The position numbers and the translations under genes were made by a program. This document shows, piece by piece, positions 1-9,541 of a stretch of 34,140 bases of DNA (within the stretch, counting starts at the first letter, position 1; every line of letters begins with the position of its first letter). The DNA comes from an uncultured Draconibacterium sp. (GTDB lineage: Bacteria; Bacteroidota; Bacteroidia; Bacteroidales; JAADGE01), in assembly GCA_964500765.1 (NCBI GenBank), contig CAZCPV010000002.1:1-34140 (forward strand), given 5' to 3'. A model generated the notes under the pieces. It saw nothing but the letters and a program-made list of their open reading frames with translations, had not been told where the DNA came from and did not search any database.

Positions 1-2041
1 CTCTTTTTTCATATTGTGCCGTACCGGCGGGCATGGTGCCGTCTTCAATTCCTTTAAATACGCTTACCGGAAGTTCGTCGCCTTTCAACGCATTTATCGG
101 ATCCATAATTTTTTTCACATAATCAGGAACATCATCACCTCTTTCAACACCGAATTTCAATTCTCCGTTCAGTGATTTCCATTCCGAAGGAATTTCTATT
201 TTTGTAATTGCTTTACCGCCTTGGTCAACGGCTTCGTAATTCATATTTACGATTTTATCGCCTTTTTTGCCGTAGGTTTTTTTAATGGCATTTTTCATTT
301 GCTCAACGGCAAAATCGTAAGGAATAACTTCCGATACTTTAAAAAATGCCGATTGCATAATGGTATTGGTTCGGTTACCCAAACCGATTTCGTGAGCAAT
401 TTTTGTTGCATTAATAATATAGAAATTGATATTTTTTTCTGCCATTACTTTTTTGTAACCGTCGGGCAGTCGATTTTTTGTGTCTTCAACACTCCAAGTA
501 CTGTTTAAAAGGAATGAACCGCCTTCTTTTATGCCTTCGAGCATATCATATTTATAAAGATATGCCGGATTTGAACAAGCGACAAAATCGGGTTGTTTTA
601 CAAGATAGGTTGAGCGGATAATTTTATCGCCGAAACGTAAGTGCGAAATTGTAATACCGCCAGATTTTTTTGAGTCGTAGGCAAAATAACCTTGTACGTA
701 TTTATCGGTTGAATCGCCGATAATTTTTATGGAATTTTTATTGGCACCTACGGTTCCGTCGGCACCGAGACCGTAAAATTTACCTTCAAAAGTTCCTTCC
801 GGTACGGTACTTATTTCCGGTAAAATCGGTAAGTTACTGAATTTTACGTCATCAACGATTCCTACCGTAAAGTGGTCTTTCGGTTCGTTTCTTTCCATAT
901 TTTCAAAAACGGAAAGCATCATTGCCGGAGTTGTATCTTTTGAACTTAAACCGTAACGACCGGCTAAAATTTCGGGAGCGTCGTTTTTTCCCTTAAATAA
1001 TTCGACAACATCAAGATAAAGCGGTTCACCGTTTGAACCGGGTTCTTTTGTTCGGTCGAGAACCGTAATTTTTTTAACGGTTTCGGGCAGTGCATTCATA
1101 AAATATTTTGCCGAGAACGGGCGATACAGGTGAACCACCATTACGCCTACTTTTTTGCCTTTTGCATTTAAGTTTTCGACAAGTTCTTTAATTGTTTGGG
1201 TAACTGAACCCATGGCAACGATAATATGTTCGGCATCTTTTGCACCGAAATAGTTGAAAGGTGCATACGGTCTGCCGGTTATACGCGTAATTTCTTTCAT
1301 ATATCCGGCAACAGTGTCAGCAATCGGGTCGTAAAAAATATCCGATGCTTCGCGTGCTTGGAAAAAGATATCCGGATTTTGTGCCGAACCTCTTGTTACC
1401 GGAGCGGTGGATGTTAAAGCATTGTTTCTGAATTTTTGTAAGGCATCGGTATCAATTAATTTTTTCAATTCATCTTCATTCGGAATTTCTACTTTTGATA
1501 TTTCGTGTGATGTTCTGAAACCGTCGAAGAAGTGAATAAAGGGGATTCTTGTTTTAATCGCCGTTAAGTGTGCAACGGGAGCAATATCCATAATTTGTTG
1601 GGCACTTCCGGTTGCGAGTATAGCGAAACCTGTTTGTCGGGTTGCCATTACATCACTGTGGTCGCCGAAGATTGAGAGTGCTTGTGCGGCAATACTTCTG
1701 GCTGCAACGTGAAATACGCCGGGCAATAATTCGCCGGCAATTTTGTACATATTCGGAATCATCAAAAGTAAACCTTGTGATGCCGTAAAGGTTGAAGTTA
1801 AAGCACCGCCTTGCAAGGCACCGTGTACGGCACCCGAAGCTCCGCCTTCCGATTGCATTTCGGTAACGCTTACGGTTTGTCCGAATAAATTTTTTCTGCC
1901 GTGTGCCGACCATGTGTCCACATATTCCGCCATGTCCGATGAAGGTGTAATCGGGTATATAGCAGCTACTTCGCTGAATAAGTATGCAACATGAGCTGCT
2001 GCATGATTACCTTCGCAGGTAATAAATTTTTTCTCTGCCAT
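1..2041 (-). CDS. nifJ: pyruvate:ferredoxin (flavodoxin) oxidoreductase, N-terminal ~680 codons; the rest of the gene lies beyond the left window edge
   Basis: Not in the ORF track because it runs off the edge. My minus-strand translation from the ATG at 2041 reads MAEKKFITCEGNHAAAHVAYLFSEVAAIYPITPSS...MQSEGGASGAVHGALQGGALTSTFTASQGLLLMIPNMYKIAGE...GLGADGTVGANKNSIKIIG... It has no stop codon down to position 1. These are hallmark motifs of the single-polypeptide PFOR. Confidence 0.93.
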   Translation of the reverse strand, partial: MAEKKFITCEGNHAAAHVAYLFSEVAAIYPITPSSDMAEYVDTWSAHGRKNLFGQTVSVTEMQSEGGASGAVHGALQGGALTSTFTASQGLLLMIPNMYKIAGELLPGVFHVAARSIAAQALSIFGDHSDVMATRQTGFAILATGSAQQIMDIAPVAHLTAIKTRIPFIHFFDGFRTSHEISKVEIPNEDELKKLIDTDALQKFRNNALTSTAPVTRGSAQNPDIFFQAREASDIFYDPIADTVAGYMKEITRITGRPYAPFNYFGAKDAEHIIVAMGSVTQTIKELVENLNAKGKKVGVMVVHLYRPFSAKYFMNALPETVKKITVLDRTKEPGSNGEPLYLDVVELFKGKNDAPEILAGRYGLSSKDTTPAMMLSVFENMERNEPKDHFTVGIVDDVKFSNLPILPEISTVPEGTFEGKFYGLGADGTVGANKNSIKIIGDSTDKYVQGYFAYDSKKSGGITISHLRFGDKIIRSTYLVKQPDFVACSNPAYLYKYDMLEGIKEGGSFLLNSTWSVEDTKNRLPDGYKKVMAEKNINFYIINATKIAHEIGLGNRTNTIMQSAFFKVSEVIPYDFAVEQMKNAIKKTYGKKGDKIVNMNYEAVDQGGKAITKIEIPSEWKSLNGELKFGVERGDDVPDYVKKIMDPINALKGDELPVSVFKGIEDGTMPAGTAQYEKR

Positions 2042-2082
2042 GATATTTTTGTTTAATTAATTTCAAATTTTATTTCAATCTG

Positions 2083-2090
2083 CAAATTTA
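2083..2090 (-). promoter_or_regulatory. candidate Bacteroidota-type -7 box (TAAATTTG) for the PFOR gene
   Basis: Exact TAnnTTTG on the minus strand about 40 nt upstream of the ATG at 2041. Confidence 0.4.
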
Positions 2091-2220
2091 GTATAAGTTT
2101 GGTTAATAGCATATAAGATAGCTTTATTTTTGACTTATAAAAGTGTTTTGTTGTGTATGTTTCAGTAAATAAGTGTATTACAGATGTGTAAAATTAAATG
2201 TTTTTTAACATTTCAGGAAT

Positions 2221-5151
2221 TTATATGTCCAACAAAGCGGCAAGCATTTCTTCCGTTAGTTTACCTAATCGGTTTTCGGATGAAATAATTGAATCTGCCA
2301 ATTTTGATTTTGATTTTTGAAGATTTAGAATTTTTTCTTCAACGGTATTTTCCGTAATGTATTTATATACCATAACTTTGCGTTTTTGCCCAATTCTGTG
2401 AGCACGGTTTACGGCTTGTTTTTCAACGGCGGGATTCCACCACGGGTCAAGAATAAAAACATAATCGGCTTCGGTTAAATTTAATCCCGTTCCGCCGGCT
2501 TTTATCGAAATCAAAAATACGTTGTTTTCTTCCTTATTTTGAAATTCCGAAATTGCATCTTCTCTGTTTTTTGTTTGTCCGGTAAGCATGGAATATTTAA
2601 TTCCGTTGTTTTCGAGATAATCGGCAAAAAGTTGCAAATGTTTTACGAATGAAGAAAAAATAAGCACTTTATGATTTTCGGAAATAATATTTTCAAGATT
2701 TCTTATAACTTCGTTAAATTTTCCCGACTCTCCTTCATAATTTTTATCCGTTAATACCGGATGATTGGCAATTTGTCTTAATTTCATCAAAGCTGCCAAT
2801 ACTTCGGCGGAAATATTTTGCTTTTGTCCGGTTTCTTCAAGTTCGAGAAATTTGTTACGGATTTTGGATTTTTCGGTTTCATAAATTTTTCCCTGTTCTT
2901 CGTGCTGTACACAATAAATAATTTGTTCGGTAAGTTCGGGCAAATCTTTTGCCACTTCGTTTTTTGTCCTTCGTATGATAAACGGACTTATGATTGACTT
3001 TAATTTTTGTTCCGAGATTTCATCTTTTGCTTTTTCAATAGGTTTAATGAAAGTTTCTTTGAAAAATGCTTCATTTCCGAGCATTCCGTTATTAATAAAA
3101 TTCATTTGCGACCAAAGGTCTGATAATGAGTTTTCAACGGGTGTTCCGGTAAGAACGGCTTTATATTCCGAAACTAATTCGCTTACCGCTTTATAAGTTT
3201 TTGATGAAGAATTTTTTATAAATTGGCTTTCGTCTAAAATAACATACAAAAACTCGTATTTTTCTATTTTTTCAATATCGTTTCTTACGGACGCATAGCC
3301 GGCAAGAATAACATCATAATCATTAAATTTCTTTATGTGCTTTTGTCGGTTTACACCTCTGTATTTCAGTACTTTCAATTCGGGAGCAAATTTTCGTAAT
3401 TCATTATCCCAATTGTGAATAAGTGAAACAGGCATAATTATTAAACTTGCTTTTCTGCTATATTCCTGTTTTGTGTTTTCGGTATTAAAAATGCTTAATT
3501 GTTCTGTGTTCTTTCTTTTGCCGGTAAAATTATTGTTGTTTTTTTTTCGTTCGTTTATTGTATCTTGCAGAAGCGTAATTGTTTGCAAAGTTTTACCCAA
3601 GCCCATATCGTCTGCGAGACAAACACCGAATTCGGCATCTCGCAAAAATCGCATTATTTTAAAACCTTCTTTTTGATACGGGCGTAATTCGGCTTTAATG
3701 TTATCGGGAATACTTACTTTGTATTTTTTATAGTTCAGAAGTTTTGCGATATTATTTTTAAATTCATTGTCAACGGCTTTTATTCCGGCAAGTTCGAGCG
3801 TATTAAAATGCGTTTTACTTATTTTAAGATTTTCGTTTTTATTTTCACCGAACATAAACAGTTCGCTGTATTTTGCAAACCATTCTTCGGGAATTATGGC
3901 AATACTTTTATCCGGCAAGACAAACTCTCTGTTACCGCTTAAAATATTGTTTTTCAGCTTAATAAACGGGATTTTAAATTTCCCGAATACAGCCGTACCG
4001 TAAATATCAAACCAATCTTTTTTATTTTCGGTATGTAAATTCAAACTGATTTTTTCGGTAAAATATTCTTTTTTAAAAAAGTTTTGTTTCAGCTCTAAAC
4101 CGATTTTCTCGAGTTGTTCCGTATGTTCTTTCAGCCAAAGAATAGTTTTATGGTGTTGTTTTTCAATGTTTTTTTCCGAAAAATTAATTTTCAATATTCC
4201 TTCGTTGTGTTCTTTCAGTCCTAATTTTTTTATTCCGGCAATTAAGTTGTTTTCCGCATTCTTATTGCGTGTGTTTTTTATAAATTCGAAATTATCAAAA
4301 TTAAATTCAATTTTGGTGTCGTAGTTTATGCCGTATTGATATGTTGTTTTTTCGTAATAAAAAAAGAGTAAAAAAGCATATTCGCCTTTCCAGTCTTTTT
4401 CGGCGGAAAGTACGGCTTTAAGAGGGGGAGTAATTTCTTTTACGGAAAATCCGACGGGATTTACGGTAAATTTTTTCATGGCATTGAGGGCAAATGTTTC
4501 AAACCATTTTTTTTCAAAAGAACGGGGAATTAAGATATGCTCTTTTTTGAAAAAAGGCAGCAATTTTTTGCCGTCGATGTCATCAAAAAAATATAAATTA
4601 TTATCAAGAATCAAACGGCAGGGTTTATTGGTAAGAATGTAAGCTGATTTTTGGAATAAGCTGATATGCTTACTGTTATGTTTTATTGAGAGGTAATATT
4701 TTGTGCCGTCTTCGGTTTTTTCTATATTGAAAACGGTTTTTGCCGGCTCGGTTTGTATATTGAGTAATTCTTCTTCGTATAAAGTAGTGAATTTGTCTTT
4801 TTTAAAATACAGTTTGATATTATTTTCGGCAATTTTATCAATCAAGTTTACCGATATTTTTTCGATAAACGGTCGAATTCGTTTCTCAATATCGTCTTTT
4901 GTAAGTGAATTAAAAAATTCGCGAGATTTTTGTTTTCTTCCGAAAATTTTAGTCAAATTTTTGTCGGAATACGCATCGCAAGATTTAATTATGTTCGTTT
5001 CATTTTCCGAAAGCTTGTCGTATTTTTTGAGAACATCAATATCCGCTGCTTCCGTAACTTCGATAAAGTGTTCGGTTTCATTATAAAAATAGGGTTTTAT
5101 TATAAATCCGAGATTTTTGTGATTTTGTATAACTGTTATAATTTTCGACAT
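2221..5151 (-). CDS. SNF2-family DEAD/DEAH-box helicase with a ~500 aa uncharacterised N-terminal region
   Basis: 976 aa ORF. Walker A LADDMGLGKTLQ, DESQ box (ILDESQFIKN), and helicase-C motifs (LISIKAGGTGLNLTEADYVFILDPWWNPAVEKQAVNRAHRIGQKR). Confidence 0.9.
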   Translation of the reverse strand: MSKIITVIQNHKNLGFIIKPYFYNETEHFIEVTEAADIDVLKKYDKLSENETNIIKSCDAYSDKNLTKIFGRKQKSREFFNSLTKDDIEKRIRPFIEKISVNLIDKIAENNIKLYFKKDKFTTLYEEELLNIQTEPAKTVFNIEKTEDGTKYYLSIKHNSKHISLFQKSAYILTNKPCRLILDNNLYFFDDIDGKKLLPFFKKEHILIPRSFEKKWFETFALNAMKKFTVNPVGFSVKEITPPLKAVLSAEKDWKGEYAFLLFFYYEKTTYQYGINYDTKIEFNFDNFEFIKNTRNKNAENNLIAGIKKLGLKEHNEGILKINFSEKNIEKQHHKTILWLKEHTEQLEKIGLELKQNFFKKEYFTEKISLNLHTENKKDWFDIYGTAVFGKFKIPFIKLKNNILSGNREFVLPDKSIAIIPEEWFAKYSELFMFGENKNENLKISKTHFNTLELAGIKAVDNEFKNNIAKLLNYKKYKVSIPDNIKAELRPYQKEGFKIMRFLRDAEFGVCLADDMGLGKTLQTITLLQDTINERKKNNNNFTGKRKNTEQLSIFNTENTKQEYSRKASLIIMPVSLIHNWDNELRKFAPELKVLKYRGVNRQKHIKKFNDYDVILAGYASVRNDIEKIEKYEFLYVILDESQFIKNSSSKTYKAVSELVSEYKAVLTGTPVENSLSDLWSQMNFINNGMLGNEAFFKETFIKPIEKAKDEISEQKLKSIISPFIIRRTKNEVAKDLPELTEQIIYCVQHEEQGKIYETEKSKIRNKFLELEETGQKQNISAEVLAALMKLRQIANHPVLTDKNYEGESGKFNEVIRNLENIISENHKVLIFSSFVKHLQLFADYLENNGIKYSMLTGQTKNREDAISEFQNKEENNVFLISIKAGGTGLNLTEADYVFILDPWWNPAVEKQAVNRAHRIGQKRKVMVYKYITENTVEEKILNLQKSKSKLADSIISSENRLGKLTEEMLAALLDI

Positions 5152-5173
5152 TTTTTATACTAAAAATAAACAA

Positions 5174-5181
5174 CAAAAATA
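5174..5181 (-). promoter_or_regulatory. candidate -7 box (TATTTTTG) for the SNF2 gene
   Basis: Exact TAnnTTTG on the minus strand 22 nt upstream of the ATG at 5151. Confidence 0.4.
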
Positions 5182-5241
5182 CTAAATATTTCCCGATTTT
5201 TATTATGAAATATTGCATCTTTGCAATTTAAAAATGATATT

Positions 5242-5610
5242 ATGAAGGCATTGGCAACTATCGGTTTATTAATTTTATCGAATACTTTTATGACTTTTGC
5301 TTGGTACGGACATTTAAAATTTTCGGAATGGGATTGGTTTAAAAAATTGGGCTTAATTTCTATAATTTTAATAAGTTGGGGTTTGGCTTTATTTGAATAT
5401 TTTTTTCAGGTTCCGGCAAATCGGATAGGATATAAAGGAAACGGAGGACCTTTCAATTTGATGCAACTAAAAGTTATACAGGAAGTTATAACGCTCACGG
5501 TTTTTACGGTTTTCTCTGTTATCTTTTTTAAAAATCAAGAATTAAAATTAAATCATTTAATCGGCTTTGTATTTTTGGTGTTAGCCGTTTACTTTATTTT
5601 TAAAGATTAA
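5242..5610 (+). CDS. small DMT-superfamily membrane protein (DUF486-like)
   Basis: The ORF track starts at a TTG (5221). The first in-frame ATG at 5242 gives MKALATIGLLILSNTFMTFAWYGHLKF..., typical of the DUF486/DMT small 4-TM family. Confidence 0.7.
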   Translation: MKALATIGLLILSNTFMTFAWYGHLKFSEWDWFKKLGLISIILISWGLALFEYFFQVPANRIGYKGNGGPFNLMQLKVIQEVITLTVFTVFSVIFFKNQELKLNHLIGFVFLVLAVYFIFKD

Positions 5611-6296
5611 ATCTGATTTTTATCTTTTAAAGCAACTTCTCCTTTTACGAGCCAAGAAATGCCGAATGCCGCAAGGGCAAGTGTTTCAAGCCAAAAAACG
5701 GGGTGATATTTTTCAAGTTCGGGATATTTATTTTCAAAAAACCACATCCAAACGGTAATCAGAATTAAGCTTCCGAATATAACTAAACCGCAAGTTCTGT
5801 AAAGAATATTTCTTTTTTTCTTTTCGGGTGTAAAAATTACATTTTTGCTGTCTGTTCGGGTAAATAAGAAGAACGAATTAACAGAAAGTGTAATAAAAAA
5901 CAGCATCGCCGAAGCAAGGTGTACAAATCTTACCCAACCGGGGCGTTGAAGTTGCGGAATAATATAGTCGCAATTAATTATCATTTCTCCGGCAGGCGGA
6001 AAAAATGCAATGCCGAGAGCAAAAATAAATGTTAATATTCCGACAATTCTGTCTTTGTAGTCGTAGCCCCTGTATGCAAACATAAAAAATGCGAGTGCAG
6101 ATAAGATACTTATGAGAACATTTCGCATTACGGTATTGTAATATACACTTATTGATTTTTGAATACTCGTACAATCTCCTAAAGTAACAGCTCCGACGGC
6201 AACAATCGTCGGCAGCAAAATCCCCAAAATCCCGATGGCTCTTCTTAATGTTAAAACTGTTTTTTTATATTGTTCGGATAATTCGTTCTGTTTCAT
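5607..6296 (-). CDS. multi-pass integral membrane protein, family uncertain
   Basis: The ORF track gives 5607..6329 with a GTG start. I prefer the first ATG (MKQNELSEQYKK...) at 6296. About 6 hydrophobic segments. The 3' end overlaps the convergent DMT gene by 4 nt. Confidence 0.55.
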   Translation of the reverse strand: MKQNELSEQYKKTVLTLRRAIGILGILLPTIVAVGAVTLGDCTSIQKSISVYYNTVMRNVLISILSALAFFMFAYRGYDYKDRIVGILTFIFALGIAFFPPAGEMIINCDYIIPQLQRPGWVRFVHLASAMLFFITLSVNSFFLFTRTDSKNVIFTPEKKKRNILYRTCGLVIFGSLILITVWMWFFENKYPELEKYHPVFWLETLALAAFGISWLVKGEVALKDKNQI

Positions 6297-6307
6297 TATT
6301 TTTCTTT

Positions 6308-6315
6308 CAAAGATA
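6308..6315 (-). promoter_or_regulatory. candidate -7 box (TATCTTTG) for the membrane-protein gene
   Basis: Exact TAnnTTTG on the minus strand 11 nt upstream of the ATG at 6296, implying a very short leader. It lies just downstream (in the gene's sense) of the CACAGA repeat. Confidence 0.3.
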
Positions 6316-6325
6316 AAAAATTTCC

Positions 6326-6346
6326 TCACACAGACTACACAGATTC
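6326..6346. repeat. CACAGA tandem-repeat motif, copy A (tcacacagactacacagattc)
   Basis: 18 of 21 positions are identical to 15112..15132, in the same orientation. Two CACAGA units are spaced 9 nt apart. Confidence 0.5.
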
Positions 6347-6562
6347 CTTAGATTTTTTTAGTACCGAAATTTTAAATAAAAACATTTCAATAAATATTAT
6401 TGACTTACATTTATTAAGACTGATACTGATTTACAAGAAAACTATATGTCATTAGCAGGAAAACATGTTGAAATTAAATATTCAGTAACAGAACTTTTTG
6501 ACCCAAGAATTAATGAATACAGAGAATTTAAAATAATTACCGATTTAACCGTTATAAATTGA

Positions 6563-7504
6563 TTATTGACAGTTATTTATTTGATAAAATACCCCTCTTT
6601 CCAAACGAATATTTTTAATTTTTTTTTGTTCCTCAAGAACACCGAGATATTTATTAATTTCGTTAATATGAATTCCGAGAATTTTATGTAAATCGTCAAG
6701 TGTGCACGGTCTTCGTGCTATGGTTTCGAGAATTGCGGTTTCAATATCTTTACGATATGAATTTACTTTTTGCCGTTCGGGAACGGATGCTATAATTTCA
6801 ACATTATTGAGTTGCCAGTAATCAATAATTTTTTGAAGTTGTTCTCCGGTTGCGGCTTGCAATTCGGAAACGGTGCCGGGTCTGTCCAAAGTATTCAGTT
6901 GAACTTTATCGGGTTTAATTCTTTTTATTGCCGTTTTAAGGGCATCTATATTTTCTTTACTGTCGTTAAATCCGGGAATAATTAATATTTCAAGCCAGAT
7001 TTCACCTTTAAAAATAGTTGAAAATTTTTCAATTCCTTGAATATAGTTTTGAATATAAATAGTTTGTGCAGGTCTGTTAATTTTATTAAACGAACTTTGC
7101 ACGGCAGCATCCAACGAGGGTAATACAACATCGGCATTTATAATTTCATTTCTTACCGTCTCGTCGGAAAGTAGTGTGCCGTTTGTTAATACGGCAACCG
7201 GAATTTCAGGTTTAATTTTCTTAATAAAATTCAAAACATCACCGATACGAGAATTTAAGGTCGGTTCGCCGGAGCCCGAAAAAGTAATATAATCAGGGTC
7301 GGGATTTTTTGAGAAAAAGTCTTTTAATTCATTTACAACTTTATCGAAGAGAATATATTCTTTTCTTTCGAGCGTTAATTTTGTCGAAGCACCGCATTCG
7401 CAATAAACACAATCGAGTGTGCATACTTTATGCGGCACTAAATCTACGCCCAAGGACATTCCCAATCGACGTGAAGGCACCGGACCGAACAGATATTTAT
7501 ACAT
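6563..7504 (-). CDS. radical SAM enzyme (COG0731-like) with a C-terminal winged-helix-like tail
   Basis: N-terminus is MYKYLFGPVPSRRLGMSLGVDLVPHKVCTLDCVYCECG (CxxxCxxC cluster motif). A GSGEPTL SAM-binding motif is present. The C-terminal ~60 aa (ILETIARRPCTLDDLHKILGIHINEINKYLGVLEEQKKI) looks like a wHTH. Confidence 0.85.
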   Translation of the reverse strand: MYKYLFGPVPSRRLGMSLGVDLVPHKVCTLDCVYCECGASTKLTLERKEYILFDKVVNELKDFFSKNPDPDYITFSGSGEPTLNSRIGDVLNFIKKIKPEIPVAVLTNGTLLSDETVRNEIINADVVLPSLDAAVQSSFNKINRPAQTIYIQNYIQGIEKFSTIFKGEIWLEILIIPGFNDSKENIDALKTAIKRIKPDKVQLNTLDRPGTVSELQAATGEQLQKIIDYWQLNNVEIIASVPERQKVNSYRKDIETAILETIARRPCTLDDLHKILGIHINEINKYLGVLEEQKKIKNIRLERGVFYQINNCQ

Positions 7505-7545
7505 TTTTAATTAAAATTGAGGTTTTAGTTACGGGCTTGCGTATT

Positions 7546-7998
7546 TTAGTTATAATCAATACGTGTTTTTTCGTCAGCCGTTGTCGGTTTTATTTTTTCC
7601 TGCCAAGCGGTTGAGTCCCACGTTCCGATTTTTTTGTGAATATCTAAATATTTTTGCGGTATCGGATGTGTTCCTATAATCACTTTCATATTGTATTTTT
7701 CTTTAATAACCGCCTTAAAATCATCAATATACGGGCAAGGCGGATAGCCGACAACAAATCCGGTTGCGAGATGGATAATTTCGGCTCCGTTTTTTTTCAT
7801 TTCTTCGGGTGCATATTCAATATTTCCGCCGGGGCAACCGCCGCAATTTGTATAGCCGACTAATTCGACTTCTTCATTTTTCCCGTAAATATCAAAAGCT
7901 CCGTCTCGGTTTTGCAATGCTCTGAAACATTTGCCTCCGGCACAATTGCGATATCTGTCGCAAATAATAATTCCGATTTTTGTTTTTTTATTCTTCAT
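7546..7998 (-). CDS. CGGC-domain protein (putative metal-binding)
   Basis: 150 aa, Cys-rich. Motifs ICDRYRNCAGGKC and YTNCGGCPGG are the signature of the CGGC domain family. Confidence 0.8.
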   Translation of the reverse strand: MKNKKTKIGIIICDRYRNCAGGKCFRALQNRDGAFDIYGKNEEVELVGYTNCGGCPGGNIEYAPEEMKKNGAEIIHLATGFVVGYPPCPYIDDFKAVIKEKYNMKVIIGTHPIPQKYLDIHKKIGTWDSTAWQEKIKPTTADEKTRIDYN

Positions 7999-8007
7999 GT
8001 GTAAAAT

Positions 8008-8787
8008 TTAAAAATTAAAAATCATTCCCGTTTTAACTTGTTGAATTTTAAATTCGTTATAAAATAGGGTCAAAGCCGGAAGTTGAGTACAATGTGAAGG
8101 TAATAAATTTTCGACTTTATTCTTCTTAAAATATTCGACAGTTTTAAGTGTTTGCTTATTTTGAATTTTCAGATGAAAACCGCCTATAACAGCTTTTACG
8201 GTGTTGATACCCGTGATTTTCTTTGCATATTCAACAATATTGCAAATGCCTGAATGTGAGCATGCCGATACAATTATTAATTCATTATTTTTTATTATTG
8301 CCAATGCGGTATCATCCGGAACAAAATCATCCTCTCCGGTTTCACGAACAAAAGCGGTTGTTTGGGCTTCAAAATTAGTTAATCTCGGAATTTCACCGAG
8401 AAAAATAATTTTTTCGGTAATATAATAAGGTGTTTTGCTTTCAGTTATTGAAAATTTATTTTTTAATTCTTCAAAGCTTAATTCCAAACCGATATTTTTA
8501 TTTTCGCCTTTCCGGAAACGTTTCGCAAAAACATCGGGATGGCATATTAAGGGTTTGTTTTCAATGTATTTTAATCCGTTGCCGTGGTCCCAATGCCCGT
8601 GGCTTAAAATAATTACATCCGTATCGTTAAGATTAATATTTAATTTTTCGGCATTTTTCAAAAATACATCGCTTGCTCCGGTATCAAAAAGTATTTTTTT
8701 ATTGTCGTATTCTATAAAATAGGATAAGCCGTGTTCGGCTGAAAAATATTCTCCGGCTGTATTTTCCGTAAGTATTGTCAGTTTCAT
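8008..8787 (-). CDS. MBL-fold metallo-hydrolase (COG1237-like)
   Basis: 259 aa. HxHxDH motif as ILSHGHWDHGNG, with later SACSHSG and GGFHL motifs. Confidence 0.85.
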   Translation of the reverse strand: MKLTILTENTAGEYFSAEHGLSYFIEYDNKKILFDTGASDVFLKNAEKLNINLNDTDVIILSHGHWDHGNGLKYIENKPLICHPDVFAKRFRKGENKNIGLELSFEELKNKFSITESKTPYYITEKIIFLGEIPRLTNFEAQTTAFVRETGEDDFVPDDTALAIIKNNELIIVSACSHSGICNIVEYAKKITGINTVKAVIGGFHLKIQNKQTLKTVEYFKKNKVENLLPSHCTQLPALTLFYNEFKIQQVKTGMIFNF

Positions 8788-8803
8788 TTTAACCGTAATA
8801 TAA

Positions 8804-9097
8804 TTAAAGACCTTTCCATCCTTCGGTTTCCATTTGCATAAAACGAGCTTTTTCTCCTTCTGTCATCAATACTGTTTCATATTCAAATTTTACACCCATA
8901 TTTAAAATCGGTTGAGAAACCGAAAATATTAAATCGTGCAGTATCGGAATATTCGGAAAAGGCAATGCAAAAATCACTTTTGCCGTATTGTTTTCAAAAA
9001 TAATATCTCTTACGATACCTAATTTTACGAGTGAAAAATTAATAGCCGGATGCATAACATGCTCAATGCTTTTGTAAATATCTTCTTTGGTTTTCAT
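8804..9097 (-). CDS. DUF59 / MIP18-like Fe-S assembly family protein (Cys-less variant)
   Basis: 97 aa. The N-terminal pattern KEDIYKSIEHVMHPAINFSLVKLGIVRDI matches the DUF59 fold signature. The protein has no cysteine. Confidence 0.6.
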   Translation of the reverse strand: MKTKEDIYKSIEHVMHPAINFSLVKLGIVRDIIFENNTAKVIFALPFPNIPILHDLIFSVSQPILNMGVKFEYETVLMTEGEKARFMQMETEGWKGL

Positions 9098-9099
9098 CG

Positions 9100-9531
9100 T
9101 TAATTATCTGAATATTTTGTTAATATTTCGTTTGAAATTTTAAAAAGTTCGAAATTTGTATCTTTATTTTTGACTTCTTCATGTATTTGAATCATATTTT
9201 TTTCTAAAATTTTCAAGGTATTATTAATATCGGAATTTAAAACAATTATCGGAATAAATTTTTTATTTATAATATTTATATTTTTGCCGAATTGCAGAGA
9301 AATCAATACTTTAACATCAAATTTTTTAAGATATTTCGTTATTTCCCGACCTTTTATTTTTGAACCGTGTTTTGTTTCTTCATCAATATCTCTTTTAGTG
9401 TTTTCAATTTCATCAATAAAAACCAATCGTTTTGAATCGTATTCGTAGATGATATATTTATCGGCATCACCGAAATGTTTATTTTGAAAATCACCTTGTT
9501 CGTTAACTGCAAAAGCAAATCTTAAACCCAT
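9100..9531 (-). CDS. NifB/NifX/NafY-fold (dinitrogenase FeMo-cofactor-binding domain family) protein, copy 2
   Basis: The track ORF extends to 9657 and overlaps the upstream gene. The internal ATG at 9531 (MGLRFAFAVNEQGDFQNKHFGDADKYIIYEY...) leaves a 10-nt gap and begins with the family HFG-x-A-x-x-(F/Y)-x-IY motif. Confidence 0.8.
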   Translation of the reverse strand: MGLRFAFAVNEQGDFQNKHFGDADKYIIYEYDSKRLVFIDEIENTKRDIDEETKHGSKIKGREITKYLKKFDVKVLISLQFGKNINIINKKFIPIIVLNSDINNTLKILEKNMIQIHEEVKNKDTNFELFKISNEILTKYSDN

Positions 9532-9541
9532 ATTTTTTCTG

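Noticed and set aside
221-1994. Plus- and minus-strand track ORFs of 63-95 aa (221..508, 1226..1417, 1653..1913, 1743..1994)
   Set aside because: All lie inside, and out of frame with or antisense to, the uninterrupted PFOR reading frame on the minus strand. Their translations are low-complexity with no recognisable motifs.
2196-2213. Hairpin aaatgtt-tttt-aacattt downstream of the SNF2 gene as a terminator
   Set aside because: The 7-bp stem has a single G-C pair and a weak T-tract. It is too unstable to call from sequence alone.
2221-5151. SNF2 helicase as part of a phage-defence system (e.g. DISARM/BREX-like)
   Set aside because: It stands alone between PFOR and a DMT membrane protein. There is no methyltransferase, nuclease, PLD or other defence partner nearby. 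The architecture matches a widely conserved housekeeping-type Bacteroidota SNF2 protein.
6446-7504. RiPP locus (radical SAM maturase + 38-aa precursor peptide)
   Set aside because: The small ORF is on the opposite strand and convergent. The radical SAM protein lacks a SPASM or twitch C-terminal Cys cluster and RRE-like features, and instead resembles COG0731-type enzymes. The peptide has no Cys, Ser or Thr-rich core.
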